Below are positions 48,704 to 58,416 of a DNA stretch of 64,000 bases, piece by piece; within the stretch, counting starts at the first letter, position 1; each line of letters opens with the position of its first letter. Origin of the DNA: an uncultured Rhodospirillaceae bacterium (lineage in GTDB: Bacteria; Pseudomonadota; Alphaproteobacteria; Rhodospirillales; UBA2165); assembly GCA_964639965.1 (NCBI GenBank), contig CAZXGI010000005.1:314-64313 (forward strand), in the 5' to 3' direction. The position numbers and the translations under genes are program-made. Under the pieces are notes generated by a model that did no database searches, had not been told where the DNA came from, and saw only the letters and a program-made list of their open reading frames with translations.

Positions 48704-49963
48704 CTAACTCGGCGGAGTAATGCGGATTGTAGTTATTTGATTTCGATGGCGGCGAAGTATTTCAAAACGTAATCCGTAGAACATAAATGCTTGGCCTACC
48801 GCAGGAATACGTCTAGATTCGTGCAAGATGATTCCTGCAACGGTCGTAGCTTCCTCATCTGGTAAATTCCATTCTAAATGACGGTTAAGATCGCGGATAG
48901 TAAAGCTACCTTCAACAATAAATGAACCATCGGATTGTGGCCGGAGGCTAGGCAAGGCAGTATCATGCTCGTCGGCAATATCACCAACTATTTCTTCTAA
49001 AATATCTTCTAATGTTACAATACCTTGTAGGCTGCCATATTCATCTACAACCAAAGCAAAATGTTCATGGCGATCACGGAAAGCTTGTAGTTGATCTAAT
49101 AAGCGCGTAGTTTCAGGAATAAACCAAGCTTTCGATGATAGCGAAGCAATATCGATATTAAAATTGCCTTTGTTATTATATATTGCTCTCAGGACCTCTT
49201 TAGCATGAATTACACCGATGACATTATCCGGTTGATTGCGCCACAATGGCAAACGAGTGTGTTGACTCGCTAAAACTTGATTAACGATATCTTCAGCTGA
49301 ATCCTCAACATTGATCATGGTAATAGTTTTACGGTGAATCATGATTTCACTAACATCTATTTCAGATAGGTCTAGAACGCTGCGAAGCATTGCACGCTCA
49401 TTCCGTATGGTTTTACTATCATCTTCTCCGCTTTGGTGAAGTTCAATAGCGCCTCTCAACTCTTCTGTTGTAGAGGCGGTGTCTTCATCACTATCAAGTC
49501 GAATCCCAATTATCCAAAGTGTATTTCGCGCTAATTTTTGTGTGGCAAAAGTTATTGGAGAAAATAAGAATACTATAGGACGAATAATTGGTGCGAGTTT
49601 TAGTGCTGTCCTATTTGCATTTTGTAATGCATACGTTTTAGGGAGAATTTCAGCAAACATAACCACAAGTGCTGTCATTATAATTGTTGCGTAGGCAATA
49701 CCAGCTTCTCCAAAAAACCCAATCAACAGGCTTGTGGCTAGTGCTGAGGCCAGAATATTAACTAAGTTGTTGCCAATTAGAATAGCTCCAATTAGCATTC
49801 CTTTACGCTCGTGCAATTTGTTTACCGTCTGCGCACTCTTATTGCCCTTAGACTCGAGCTGGTGCATAAGAGGCCGCGATGCGACTGTGAGGGCTGTTTC
49901 TGAACCCGAGAAAAATGCTGATAAGAATAGTAACACAGCAATAGCAACGAGAGATATTATCAT
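48704..49963 (-). CDS. CNNM/HlyC/CorC-family transporter (DUF21 + CBS pair + CorC_HlyC)
   Basis: 419 aa. N-terminal 4-TM DUF21 (FFSGSETAL), a central CBS pair, and a C-terminal CorC domain (DGSFIVEGSFTIRDLN...). Confidence 0.85.
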   Translation of the reverse strand: MIISLVAIAVLLFLSAFFSGSETALTVASRPLMHQLESKGNKSAQTVNKLHERKGMLIGAILIGNNLVNILASALATSLLIGFFGEAGIAYATIIMTALVVMFAEILPKTYALQNANRTALKLAPIIRPIVFLFSPITFATQKLARNTLWIIGIRLDSDEDTASTTEELRGAIELHQSGEDDSKTIRNERAMLRSVLDLSEIDVSEIMIHRKTITMINVEDSAEDIVNQVLASQHTRLPLWRNQPDNVIGVIHAKEVLRAIYNNKGNFNIDIASLSSKAWFIPETTRLLDQLQAFRDRHEHFALVVDEYGSLQGIVTLEDILEEIVGDIADEHDTALPSLRPQSDGSFIVEGSFTIRDLNRHLEWNLPDEEATTVAGIILHESRRIPAVGQAFMFYGLRFEILRRHRNQITTIRITPPS

Positions 49964-49981
49964 GATAGACTCAATTTAAAG

Positions 49982-51106
49982 TTACAGTTTAGATTGCTCA
50001 AAAACAATTTGTACATCTTTCATTTTTATATTGGGGGCCAAGAAGCTTTTACCAATACCTTTTGTTAGAATAAAATTAACTTTACCATTCTTGATTTTTT
50101 TGTCTGATAGCATGTGGTTTAGGAGGGATTCTGTATTCCAGTCGAATTTACGTATATCGGATAAGTTGGTTGGCAATCCCACACCAGCAAAGTGCTTGCG
50201 GGTTCGTTCTGCGTCGGATTTAGGACATAATTTTAATAGAACGGATAGATCAAAAGCTAAGCAAATCCCAATACTAACCGCTTCACCGTGTAAAAGTCTG
50301 TCGCTGAATCCTGTTTCTGTTTCTAAGGCGTGGCCAAATGTATGGCCGAGGTTAAGTAATGTCCTTACGTTTTGTTCTGTCTCATCTTCCATGATAATTT
50401 CAGTTTTAGATTTGCAACTTTTAAATATAGCCTTTTGAAGGAAATCCTTATATTTTTCATAGTTACCTTGGTAGAGAGTAGGGCCACAGTCTTCAAGCCA
50501 GGTAAAAAATTCTGAATCATTGATTAAGCCATATTTTGCTACTTCAGCATAACCGGCTAGAACTTCTCTTCTTGGCAAACTGTCTATTGTATCAATGTCA
50601 GCTATTACTATCCGTGGCTGATAAAATGCACCAATAAGGTTCTTACCATAACGACTATTAATACCCGTTTTGCCACCAACCGAACTGTCAACTTGAGATA
50701 AAAGCGTGGTTGGCACTTGAACAAAATCAATACCACGGAGAATAGAAGAGGCGACATAGCCAGTTAAGTCACCGATTACACCACCACCTAAGGCAATTAG
50801 AGCAACATTCCGATCAATTTTCATCCCCAAAATATTATTCGTTAGTTTTTCAAAGTAACTAATACTTTTGGTTTGTTCTCCAGGTGGCAATATAATCTTG
50901 CCAACATTTATGCCTGTGATTTCTAATGAATCTGCTAGAGCGTCCAAATAAAGCGGGGCGACATTATCATCTGTTACGATTATAACACGCTCACTCCGTG
51001 TAGCTGATTTAATAAAATTTCCAGCTTTATTGAGCAGCTGGCTTCCGATGATTATTTCATAACTACGTTCACCCAACGATACGTTTATGCGTTCAAAATT
51101 TTTCAA
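49982..51106 (-). CDS. aroB: 3-dehydroquinate synthase
   Basis: 374 aa. GGGVIGDLTGYVAS, VPTTLLSQVDSSVGGKTGIN and LNLGHTFGHALE. Confidence 0.95.
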   Translation of the reverse strand: MKNFERINVSLGERSYEIIIGSQLLNKAGNFIKSATRSERVIIVTDDNVAPLYLDALADSLEITGINVGKIILPPGEQTKSISYFEKLTNNILGMKIDRNVALIALGGGVIGDLTGYVASSILRGIDFVQVPTTLLSQVDSSVGGKTGINSRYGKNLIGAFYQPRIVIADIDTIDSLPRREVLAGYAEVAKYGLINDSEFFTWLEDCGPTLYQGNYEKYKDFLQKAIFKSCKSKTEIIMEDETEQNVRTLLNLGHTFGHALETETGFSDRLLHGEAVSIGICLAFDLSVLLKLCPKSDAERTRKHFAGVGLPTNLSDIRKFDWNTESLLNHMLSDKKIKNGKVNFILTKGIGKSFLAPNIKMKDVQIVFEQSKL

Positions 51107-51669
51107 TCGACATCTTCTTTTGAGTTATAAGTTGCTAACAAATCAATTATCTTTTTTGCAGTTTTGGAAGCCGTTTCATTGCTGGCATCTATTACAAGCT
51201 CAGATTGAGCGTATACAGGATAGCGTTCCGCAATCAATTTAGATAATATTTCTCTTGTGTTACCCTTGTTTAGTAAAGGGCGGCTGCTTCGATGTTTTGT
51301 TCTCTCCACTAATAAATCTAAATCAGCCCGCAGCCAAATAGCAACACCATTTTTTTTCATTTTGTTTCGAATGCTGAGATCCATATACGCCCCTCCACCT
51401 GTTGCCAGTACACAAGGCCGTTTACTCAATATACGCTCAATTACACGTCGCTCACCATCCCTAAAATATTTTTCACCAAACTGTTCAAAGATCTCTTGGA
51501 TACTGTATCCAGAGGCTTTCTCGATTTCTATATCCGTATCAATAAATGGTAAACTTACTGACGATGCAATAATGCGTCCTAATTTTGTTTTACCTGCTCC
51601 CATTAGTCCAACTAAAAAGATAAATTTATCTTTTGGCCAATTTGGTAGGTTAATAAATTCTTGTTTCAT
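51103..51669 (-). CDS. aroK: shikimate kinase
   Basis: 188 aa. P-loop GLMGAGKTKLG, then DTDIEIE and LATGGGA. Overlaps the aroB start by 4 nt. Confidence 0.9.
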   Translation of the reverse strand: MKQEFINLPNWPKDKFIFLVGLMGAGKTKLGRIIASSVSLPFIDTDIEIEKASGYSIQEIFEQFGEKYFRDGERRVIERILSKRPCVLATGGGAYMDLSIRNKMKKNGVAIWLRADLDLLVERTKHRSSRPLLNKGNTREILSKLIAERYPVYAQSELVIDASNETASKTAKKIIDLLATYNSKEDVD

Positions 51670-51977
51670 CTCATTTTTTGCCGTTTTATATATAGTTTGC
51701 AGGTATTTTAATGCTAATTTTCCGAATTTGCCGAAATATTGCCATACTTTACCAATATCATTTATTTAATTTTAGTTTATTAGATGGTAAAAATTTCTTA
51801 ACTATATAGAAAAGTAGCTTGTTCAGCTATATGTTGAATAACGGAAGTTTACACTTATGAAAAATATCTCGCGTTTAGGGCTTTTATTATCTGCTATATT
51901 TATTATTGGAGCTATATTATTTTTGTCTAAATGGGAGATTCCAGCCCCAGTTATGGAAGTTGAAAAAGTTATATCAA

Positions 51978-53891
51978 ATGATAAATTTCCTAAGTAGAAA
52001 AAGTCAATTGAGAAATTTTGCTTTAACTCTGCTAGCAAGTTTATTTTTTGCTAGTGCGATATTTACATCTGCGAATTCACAGGCTCTGACCGAGCAACCG
52101 ACCCTTTTGACGCCCAAAAAGAATTTGAAGTCATTAACGGAGAGTGAATTTTCGAAAGATAAATCTCCGTCTTTGACTTCTCCCAAGAAATTAAAGACAC
52201 CTCCTTCTGCGCGTGTTCGTACTCCAATTAAAATAAATGTAGAAAAATTAGCGAAAATTGATAGTGATTCTGTAGGAACATTGACTGAAGAGCATGGGGG
52301 ATTTGGCTTTAATATGTGGGAGGGAACAAATAGGTCTTTGGTTGAGAGATTGTTACCTAAATTACCTGTCAATTCTTCCTCGCGGACCATGCGTGCCCTG
52401 ATGCGGCGTTTATTGCTAAGCTCAGCAAAATCACCCAAAGAAGTTAATGTAACAGGTAAAGGTTCATCCTCGGACCATTCTAATTTCCAAAGTTCTGATT
52501 CTAAAGGTGAGGGAAAATTACTTGTAATGCGCATTGAACGTTTATCCGCAATGGGGGATATAGATGGTGTTTACGACTTGGTGAAAGTAGCCCCTAATCG
52601 TTCTATTGATCCAATCCTGTTGAAAAATGAGGTAGATATACTTTTTCTCTCGAATGATAATTCACGAGCCTGTGATTTAGTTTTGCGTCAAATTGGTAAA
52701 ATAGAGGTACCATATTGGCAAAAAGCATCAATTTATTGTCAGGCTCTTGCCGGAAACCATGATGAAGCGAATCTAGGGGCTAATCTGTTGCGTGAGATTG
52801 GTGAAAAAGACGAAGTTTTTTATGGTTTGATAAATTCATTGACGGGAGTTGAGAAATATAAAATTACAAGTTTGCCCAATCCCACACCACTTCATTTTTC
52901 TATGATCCGTGCTGCTAAGATTAGATTACCAAAAGATGTTACTTCCTCTGGCAACCCTGCCGTGCTCAAAACCATAGCTACTAGCCCAAATGCTGAACCT
53001 GAGTTACGTGTTGAAACGGCTGAGCGCGCTGAATCGATAGGTGTATTAGATACCGAGGTGCTTCGGCAAATTTATGCTGGTGTTACATTTACTCAAGAAT
53101 CTTTAGATAATGCTTTGTCGCAAGCAATTACTGAGCGTACGGCCTTAAGTCGGGCGCTTCTTTACCGAAAGGCGATGATTGAAAATATTCCTAGCGCAAA
53201 AGTGGAAATTCTGAGCCAGGTATTTAAATTGGCAAGAGAAGTTGGGCTATTCCAATTAACATCTCGTGTTTATTATAAAATTTTAAAAAATTTACCTGCA
53301 ACACAAGACCTGATTTGGTTTGCTCCTGAGGCGATGAGGGCTTTATTAGCAGCAGGCGATTCAGCCGCCGCACAAATCTGGCTTAACGTCATAAAAACGT
53401 CAGGTTTGGCTGATGAAAGAATAATTGGACTTCGCGATCAACTAGTTCCGTTAGCGAGGTTGAATGGGCAAATACCTGATGAGGAATGGGATAGCATAAA
53501 GATTGACAATTGGTGGAATGCACTTGCGAACAAAAACGAGAACCCGATTGATACACGGTTAATCCATGCCCGTGCGACGTTACTGTACAACTTACTGGAG
53601 GCATTAGGAGATAACGTTCCAGGGCACCGTTGGGAAGCCTTGTTAGATGGGCCGCCAAGATATACAACTATCATACCACAATCCGCCCTATGGCAGAAGC
53701 TGAGCCAAGCTGTTGACGGAGCCAAACGCGCAGAGGTCGTTCTATTTAGTTTACTGATGCTTGGTGAATTTGGGCCAACTCAAATCAATCCAATTGTCTT
53801 GCGTCAAGTCGTTATGAGCCTCAATCTTGTTGGCTTGTCAGTGGAAGCGCGCTCCCTTGCTCTAGAATCTGCGGTTGTTGCAGGACTTTAA
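51978..53891 (+). CDS. secreted hypothetical protein (helical-repeat C-terminal region)
   Basis: ORF 51906-53891. The ATG at 51978 gives MINFLSRKSQLRNFALTLLASLFFASAIFTSANSQA, a signal peptide. A Lys/Ser/Pro-rich linker follows, then about 450 aa of helical-looking sequence. Confidence 0.6.
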   Translation: MINFLSRKSQLRNFALTLLASLFFASAIFTSANSQALTEQPTLLTPKKNLKSLTESEFSKDKSPSLTSPKKLKTPPSARVRTPIKINVEKLAKIDSDSVGTLTEEHGGFGFNMWEGTNRSLVERLLPKLPVNSSSRTMRALMRRLLLSSAKSPKEVNVTGKGSSSDHSNFQSSDSKGEGKLLVMRIERLSAMGDIDGVYDLVKVAPNRSIDPILLKNEVDILFLSNDNSRACDLVLRQIGKIEVPYWQKASIYCQALAGNHDEANLGANLLREIGEKDEVFYGLINSLTGVEKYKITSLPNPTPLHFSMIRAAKIRLPKDVTSSGNPAVLKTIATSPNAEPELRVETAERAESIGVLDTEVLRQIYAGVTFTQESLDNALSQAITERTALSRALLYRKAMIENIPSAKVEILSQVFKLAREVGLFQLTSRVYYKILKNLPATQDLIWFAPEAMRALLAAGDSAAAQIWLNVIKTSGLADERIIGLRDQLVPLARLNGQIPDEEWDSIKIDNWWNALANKNENPIDTRLIHARATLLYNLLEALGDNVPGHRWEALLDGPPRYTTIIPQSALWQKLSQAVDGAKRAEVVLFSLLMLGEFGPTQINPIVLRQVVMSLNLVGLSVEARSLALESAVVAGL

Positions 53892-54011
53892 TATTATCTA
53901 GATCAAAATGATAGGTTTACCGATTTCTGTTCTTTGAATTGAATAGCTTAGATTTACATAGAAGGTGCAGTCTATTTGATTTTAGTTATTAACAGTTAAC
54001 TATAATTGTTT

Positions 54012-54959
54012 ATGCTTAAGCTTATCATGGTTAATGAAAAATATAATAAGAAAATATTAGCGTCATCTCAGATTGATATATTCATAGAAATGATGGCGGC
54101 CGAGCGAGGGGCAGCCATTAATACGCTTGCAGCATATTCGCGAGACTTAAAACAGTTTGAAGTTTTCATGCTACGTCAGAATAGGAACATCGAATCAACT
54201 GATGCTGAAAATATAAAAAAATATCTAGCACAATTAAAGTCTAAGGATAGGGCTCCGACTACTCACGCGCGTAAACTTTCCGTACTCAAGCAATTCTTTC
54301 AGTTTTTATACATGGAGCGTCAAAGATTGGACGATCCTTCAGCCGGGATTGAGGGTCCAAGAACTGGTCGCCCGTTGCCCAAATATCTAAGTGAGAGTGA
54401 AGTTGAATTACTACTAGACACTGCTAGAGGGCAATCTGGAGCGTATGGTGTGAGAATGATGGCTCTAATGGAAATTTTATACGCAACAGGAATACGGGTT
54501 TCTGAGTTGGTTAGTTTGCCCCTTGCGGCCATATCAAGCGATCGCAAAATTCTTCTAGTTAAAGGAAAAGGGAAAAAAGAACGGATGGTGCCACTTACTG
54601 CTCCCGCAATAAATTCAATAGCTGACTATTTGGATCTGCGTAAAGGTTTTTTGATTAAAGGAACGCCGTCAATTTATTTATTTCCATCCAGAGCTAAAAA
54701 GGGTCATATAACTCGTGCTGGTTTTGGAATTTTACTCAAACAATTAGCTGGTGTTGCAGGGATTGAATCGAAACGAGTTTCTCCTCACGTTTTGCGCCAT
54801 TCTTTCGCTAGTCATATGTTGGCTAATGGGGCGGATCTTAGGGCATTACAACAACTATTAGGGCACGCAGATATTTCAACGACTCAAATTTATACCCATA
54901 TACAGGAAGAGCGTATGAGGGATCTAGTGTTACAAAATCATCCTCTCTCAGAGATTTAG
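54012..54959 (+). CDS. xerD: site-specific tyrosine recombinase XerD
   Basis: About 315 aa. ATGIRVSELVSL, HVLRHSFASHML and LGHADISTTQIYTH supply the R-H-R-Y catalytic set. The start is ATG 54012 or 54027. Confidence 0.9.
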   Translation: MLKLIMVNEKYNKKILASSQIDIFIEMMAAERGAAINTLAAYSRDLKQFEVFMLRQNRNIESTDAENIKKYLAQLKSKDRAPTTHARKLSVLKQFFQFLYMERQRLDDPSAGIEGPRTGRPLPKYLSESEVELLLDTARGQSGAYGVRMMALMEILYATGIRVSELVSLPLAAISSDRKILLVKGKGKKERMVPLTAPAINSIADYLDLRKGFLIKGTPSIYLFPSRAKKGHITRAGFGILLKQLAGVAGIESKRVSPHVLRHSFASHMLANGADLRALQQLLGHADISTTQIYTHIQEERMRDLVLQNHPLSEI

Positions 54960-55006
54960 GTTAAATTATATGTTTCATATATATAATTTTTTATACGCAT
55001 ATTTTT

Positions 55007-56044
55007 TTATTCATCAGGTTTTAAATCCAACCTTCTTTGAACGGGAAAGAAGTGAAGATCAAATCGCTGGGTTATTATTCCCCATATACCCTGTGGGGCC
55101 TTCAACATAATCACTACGGCGGTTGCACCCAATAATATCAAATACCACGTTCCGTAATCTGATAACGGTTCACGCAGTAAAAAGTAAATGATCGTCCCCA
55201 AAATGGGTCCTTCGATTGTACCAATTCCCCCAATTACAACGATGAAAATAACTGTTGTTGTCCAATTGATATCAAACGCTGCGCTGGGACTGATACGAAG
55301 TTTTGTCAAAAATATTAAGGCACCAATCGCAGCAGTGCCGAAGGCCGCAAATATGTATACCAGTAATTTTGCTCGAAAATTATCAACACCAAGGCTATTT
55401 GAGGCCTCTTCGCTATCTCTGATTGCTGTTAATGCTAGTCCATGACGAGAGCGCAGCAGCAGGTAGACTATAGCGATAGTAGCAACTACCACAAATAATG
55501 CTGTCCAATAGATAGCAGAATCTCGTCCCGCGCGGGTGTTTGAAATTGATTTTACGATTGATATGGGCAGACTTTTACCCGAGCCTCCGCCAAGTGATGA
55601 AATTTGGGCAAATCCTAACAAAAATACCTCGGCCACAACCCATGTGCCGATAGCAAAATAATGCCCTCGAAGTCTAAAAACAAGAAAGGCTATGGGTAGC
55701 GAAATAATTGCGCATATTAGACCTGAAATAGGAACTGCCCAGATAGCGCCAATACCAAAATTCATTGTTAATATAAATAGCATATAACCACCTAGGCCTA
55801 CATAAGCTTGCTGCCCAACGGATACTAGTCCACCATAGCCAGCTAGCAAATTCCACATTTGCGCTAATGCGAGTATATAAAAAATTTCAACAAATAATCT
55901 AATAGTTGCCCTATCTCCCCACACAGGAAAAGAAAGAAACACTAATAACAAGATTATACCAACGACAACGCCCCCCCTGCTAACCAGTGTAGAGCGGGCA
56001 ACTTTGTAGGAGGATTGTTGTTTATCTTCTGTTCGATCAGTCAT
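55007..56044 (-). CDS. branched-chain-amino-acid-type (HAAT family) ABC transporter permease, LivM-like
   Basis: Polytopic. The ATG at 56044 (MTDRTEDK...) overlaps the upstream permease stop by 8 nt. The track ORF begins at 56068. Confidence 0.85.
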   Translation of the reverse strand: MTDRTEDKQQSSYKVARSTLVSRGGVVVGIILLLVFLSFPVWGDRATIRLFVEIFYILALAQMWNLLAGYGGLVSVGQQAYVGLGGYMLFILTMNFGIGAIWAVPISGLICAIISLPIAFLVFRLRGHYFAIGTWVVAEVFLLGFAQISSLGGGSGKSLPISIVKSISNTRAGRDSAIYWTALFVVVATIAIVYLLLRSRHGLALTAIRDSEEASNSLGVDNFRAKLLVYIFAAFGTAAIGALIFLTKLRISPSAAFDINWTTTVIFIVVIGGIGTIEGPILGTIIYFLLREPLSDYGTWYLILLGATAVVIMLKAPQGIWGIITQRFDLHFFPVQRRLDLKPDE

Positions 56045-56909
56045 CGCGGGTCCTTGGAAATAAACCATTTGGCCTGAAAACTAACACAATTAAGAAAGCA
56101 ACATGTCCGGCGAGAATTTGCCATCCAGGGTCTATCTTTGCTCCTATATTTTGAGCAATACCCAATATAATACCGCCGATCAATGTACCCCAGAGAGATC
56201 CTAGCCCACCCATAATCACTGCCTCGAATGCATATAGGAGGCGTGCCGGACCGATGGACGGATCAAAGTTTGAACGTATTGCCATTAACATACCCGCTAT
56301 ACCGACAAGAACCAAAGCGACGGCCATAGCGAGACCAAAAATATGTTTGTGATTTATACCCATTAATTGTGCCGTCGTTGTATCGTCAGAAGTAGCTCTA
56401 AATGCTCGGCCTAATCGCGTACGATTAAAGATTTGTTGTAGTAGAATAATCATTACTAGGGCCGTTATAAATATAATGATGGGGAATACTCCAATGGATA
56501 TTCCTTCTACCAGTTTTATACTAGCAGTCTCGAGAGTTCCGACTTTTAGACGTTGTGAATCAGCGGAAAATATTTCAAGTAAGACGTTTTGTATAACAAT
56601 GGAAAGACCAAATGTAACTAACAGCGGGGGTAACAAGTCATTGCCAAGTGTAAAGTTTAGGATACCACGTTGGAGCAAGTAGCCAATTAGAAACATGACG
56701 GGTAAAACTACAATCAAGCTGAGAAATGGGTTGAGGCCGGTCGCGTCGATAATAACCATGCCAATGAAGGCCGCGAGTACAATTAAATCACCGTGCGTAA
56801 TATTTACTAATCGCATAACACCAAAGATGATTGCTAGGCCAGTAGCAAACATAGCATAGAGACCGCCGGTCAGAATCCCTTGAATTATCGTATTTGCCCA
56901 CTCAATCAT
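56037..56909 (-). CDS. HAAT-family ABC transporter permease, LivH-like
   Basis: 290 aa, polytopic. Contains INITHGDL-like VNITHGDLIVLAAF. Confidence 0.85.
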   Translation of the reverse strand: MIEWANTIIQGILTGGLYAMFATGLAIIFGVMRLVNITHGDLIVLAAFIGMVIIDATGLNPFLSLIVVLPVMFLIGYLLQRGILNFTLGNDLLPPLLVTFGLSIVIQNVLLEIFSADSQRLKVGTLETASIKLVEGISIGVFPIIIFITALVMIILLQQIFNRTRLGRAFRATSDDTTTAQLMGINHKHIFGLAMAVALVLVGIAGMLMAIRSNFDPSIGPARLLYAFEAVIMGGLGSLWGTLIGGIILGIAQNIGAKIDPGWQILAGHVAFLIVLVFRPNGLFPRTRDD

Positions 56910-56916
56910 TAATTAC

Positions 56917-57615
56917 CTATCTTCCAAAATATGCGGCAGCTATTTGATCTTTAGTTAGTTCACCTGGTTTGCCGCTCAGACTAATGCGACCTTCTTGAAG
57001 ACAGAAAACTCGGTCGGCAATTGCCAATGCCTGACTTATGTCTTGTTCAACAACCAATAATGAAATCCCTTCAGCTTTAATTGTAGTGATAACATCATAA
57101 ATATCTCTAATAATGATAGGGGCTAGCCCAAGCGATAATTCGTCGCACAATAACATTTCGGGGTTGGACATTAGGGCCCGACCGATAGCAACCATTTGTT
57201 GCTCTCCACCACTCAATGCGGTTCCAGGGATGTCTTTGCGTTCTTCAAGCTTTGGGAAAAGTTGATAGACGCGGTCTAGTGTCCAATTGCCTGGTCGTTG
57301 ATTATAAGAACCAACAATCAAATTTTCCTCCACACTCAAGCTGGGAAATAATTTTCTTCCTTCCGGAACCATAGCAATACCAAGCCCTACAATGTCACAG
57401 GCTGGCTTACCTTTTAATGTCTCACCATTATAAAGAAACTTATCGGCATCATTTATTACCAGACCTGTAATTGAGCGTAGAAAGGTTGATTTTCCAGCCC
57501 CATTAGCACCAATTATCGCGACAGTTTCTTTTCTTTCAACAATGAGACTGACCCCAAACAAAGCTTGGAAGTCTCCATAGAACGCACGCATATTCTCAAT
57601 TTGTAATACAGTCAT
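56917..57615 (-). CDS. HAAT-family ABC transporter ATP-binding protein, LivF-like
   Basis: 232 aa. GANGAGKST, LSGGEQQMVAIGRAL and LLCDELSLGLAP. Confidence 0.9.
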   Translation of the reverse strand: MTVLQIENMRAFYGDFQALFGVSLIVERKETVAIIGANGAGKSTFLRSITGLVINDADKFLYNGETLKGKPACDIVGLGIAMVPEGRKLFPSLSVEENLIVGSYNQRPGNWTLDRVYQLFPKLEERKDIPGTALSGGEQQMVAIGRALMSNPEMLLCDELSLGLAPIIIRDIYDVITTIKAEGISLLVVEQDISQALAIADRVFCLQEGRISLSGKPGELTKDQIAAAYFGR

Positions 57616-58337
57616 TCTAAACTAATTCCCATATAGATCTTTTGTACTTTGGGGCTGTTCAGCACGGTTTCAGGGTCGCCGTCATCCAATTTTTCGCCAA
57701 AATTTATGACGACGAGACGGTCGACGACAGACATTAAGGCATGAACTATATGTTCAATCCAAATAATGGACGTTCCCAGCGAATGGATCTCATTTATCGA
57801 TTCAACCAGTTCCTTAACTTCATACTCCGTTAGACCTCCAGCTATTTCATCTAACAGTAGTAGCTTAGGTTTGGTGGCTAAGGCTCGCGCCATTTCCAAC
57901 CGTTTGCGTTCAAGTAGTGTTAAAGATCCAGCAAGAACATTCGCCTTATCGATTAAACCAGTACGTTTGAGTAATTGAGTGCAATTGTCGTAACTTTCGG
58001 CTTCTTTTTCGCAGCCACCAAATGTTGCACCAACTAACAAGTTTTCAAATACGGTCATGCCAACAAATGGATGAGGAATTTGGTACGAGCGTCCGATACC
58101 TTCTCGGCATCGAACGTGGGCTGACATAACCGTTAAATCTTTCCCTCTGAAGATGATTGATCCACTGTCTGAATTTAAACTACCCGTAATTAAATTGAAT
58201 AAAGTACTCTTTCCTGCGCCATTTGGACCGATGATCCCGAGTGTTTCGCCTTCTTTGAGGTGCATATCAAAGTTGTTGATGACTTTCAGTGATCCAAAGC
58301 TTTTAGAAAGATTTGCGAGTGTTAATAATTTGGACAT
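57612..58337 (-). CDS. HAAT-family ABC transporter ATP-binding protein, LivG-like
   Basis: 241 aa. GPNGAGKST and LLLLDEIAGGL. Overlaps the next gene by 4 nt. Confidence 0.9.
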   Translation of the reverse strand: MSKLLTLANLSKSFGSLKVINNFDMHLKEGETLGIIGPNGAGKSTLFNLITGSLNSDSGSIIFRGKDLTVMSAHVRCREGIGRSYQIPHPFVGMTVFENLLVGATFGGCEKEAESYDNCTQLLKRTGLIDKANVLAGSLTLLERKRLEMARALATKPKLLLLDEIAGGLTEYEVKELVESINEIHSLGTSIIWIEHIVHALMSVVDRLVVINFGEKLDDGDPETVLNSPKVQKIYMGISLE

Positions 58338-58364
58338 CTGAACACAGCCCCTGTTTCAGGACGA

Positions 58365-58393
58365 AGAGGCGTGAGATATAGTCTCACGCCTCT
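58365..58393 (-). terminator. perfect 11-bp stem-loop between the binding-protein gene and the ATPase/permease genes (attenuator or mRNA-stabilising hairpin)
   Basis: AGAGGCGTGAG (58365-58375), loop ATATAGT, then CTCACGCCTCT (58383-58393). It lies 24 nt downstream of the SBP stop. Confidence 0.5.
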
Positions 58394-58416
58394 TTAACTA
58401 AAAATGGAAATTGAAA

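Noticed and set aside
51257-51769. 170-aa ORF on the + strand overlapping aroK
   Set aside because: It is antisense to shikimate kinase, which has an intact P-loop and core motifs. The ORF shows no motif or plausible start context.
52004-52534. 176-aa ORF on the - strand
   Set aside because: It lies wholly inside the + strand secreted-protein gene (51978-53891). That gene has a convincing signal peptide and stays open for 637 codons.
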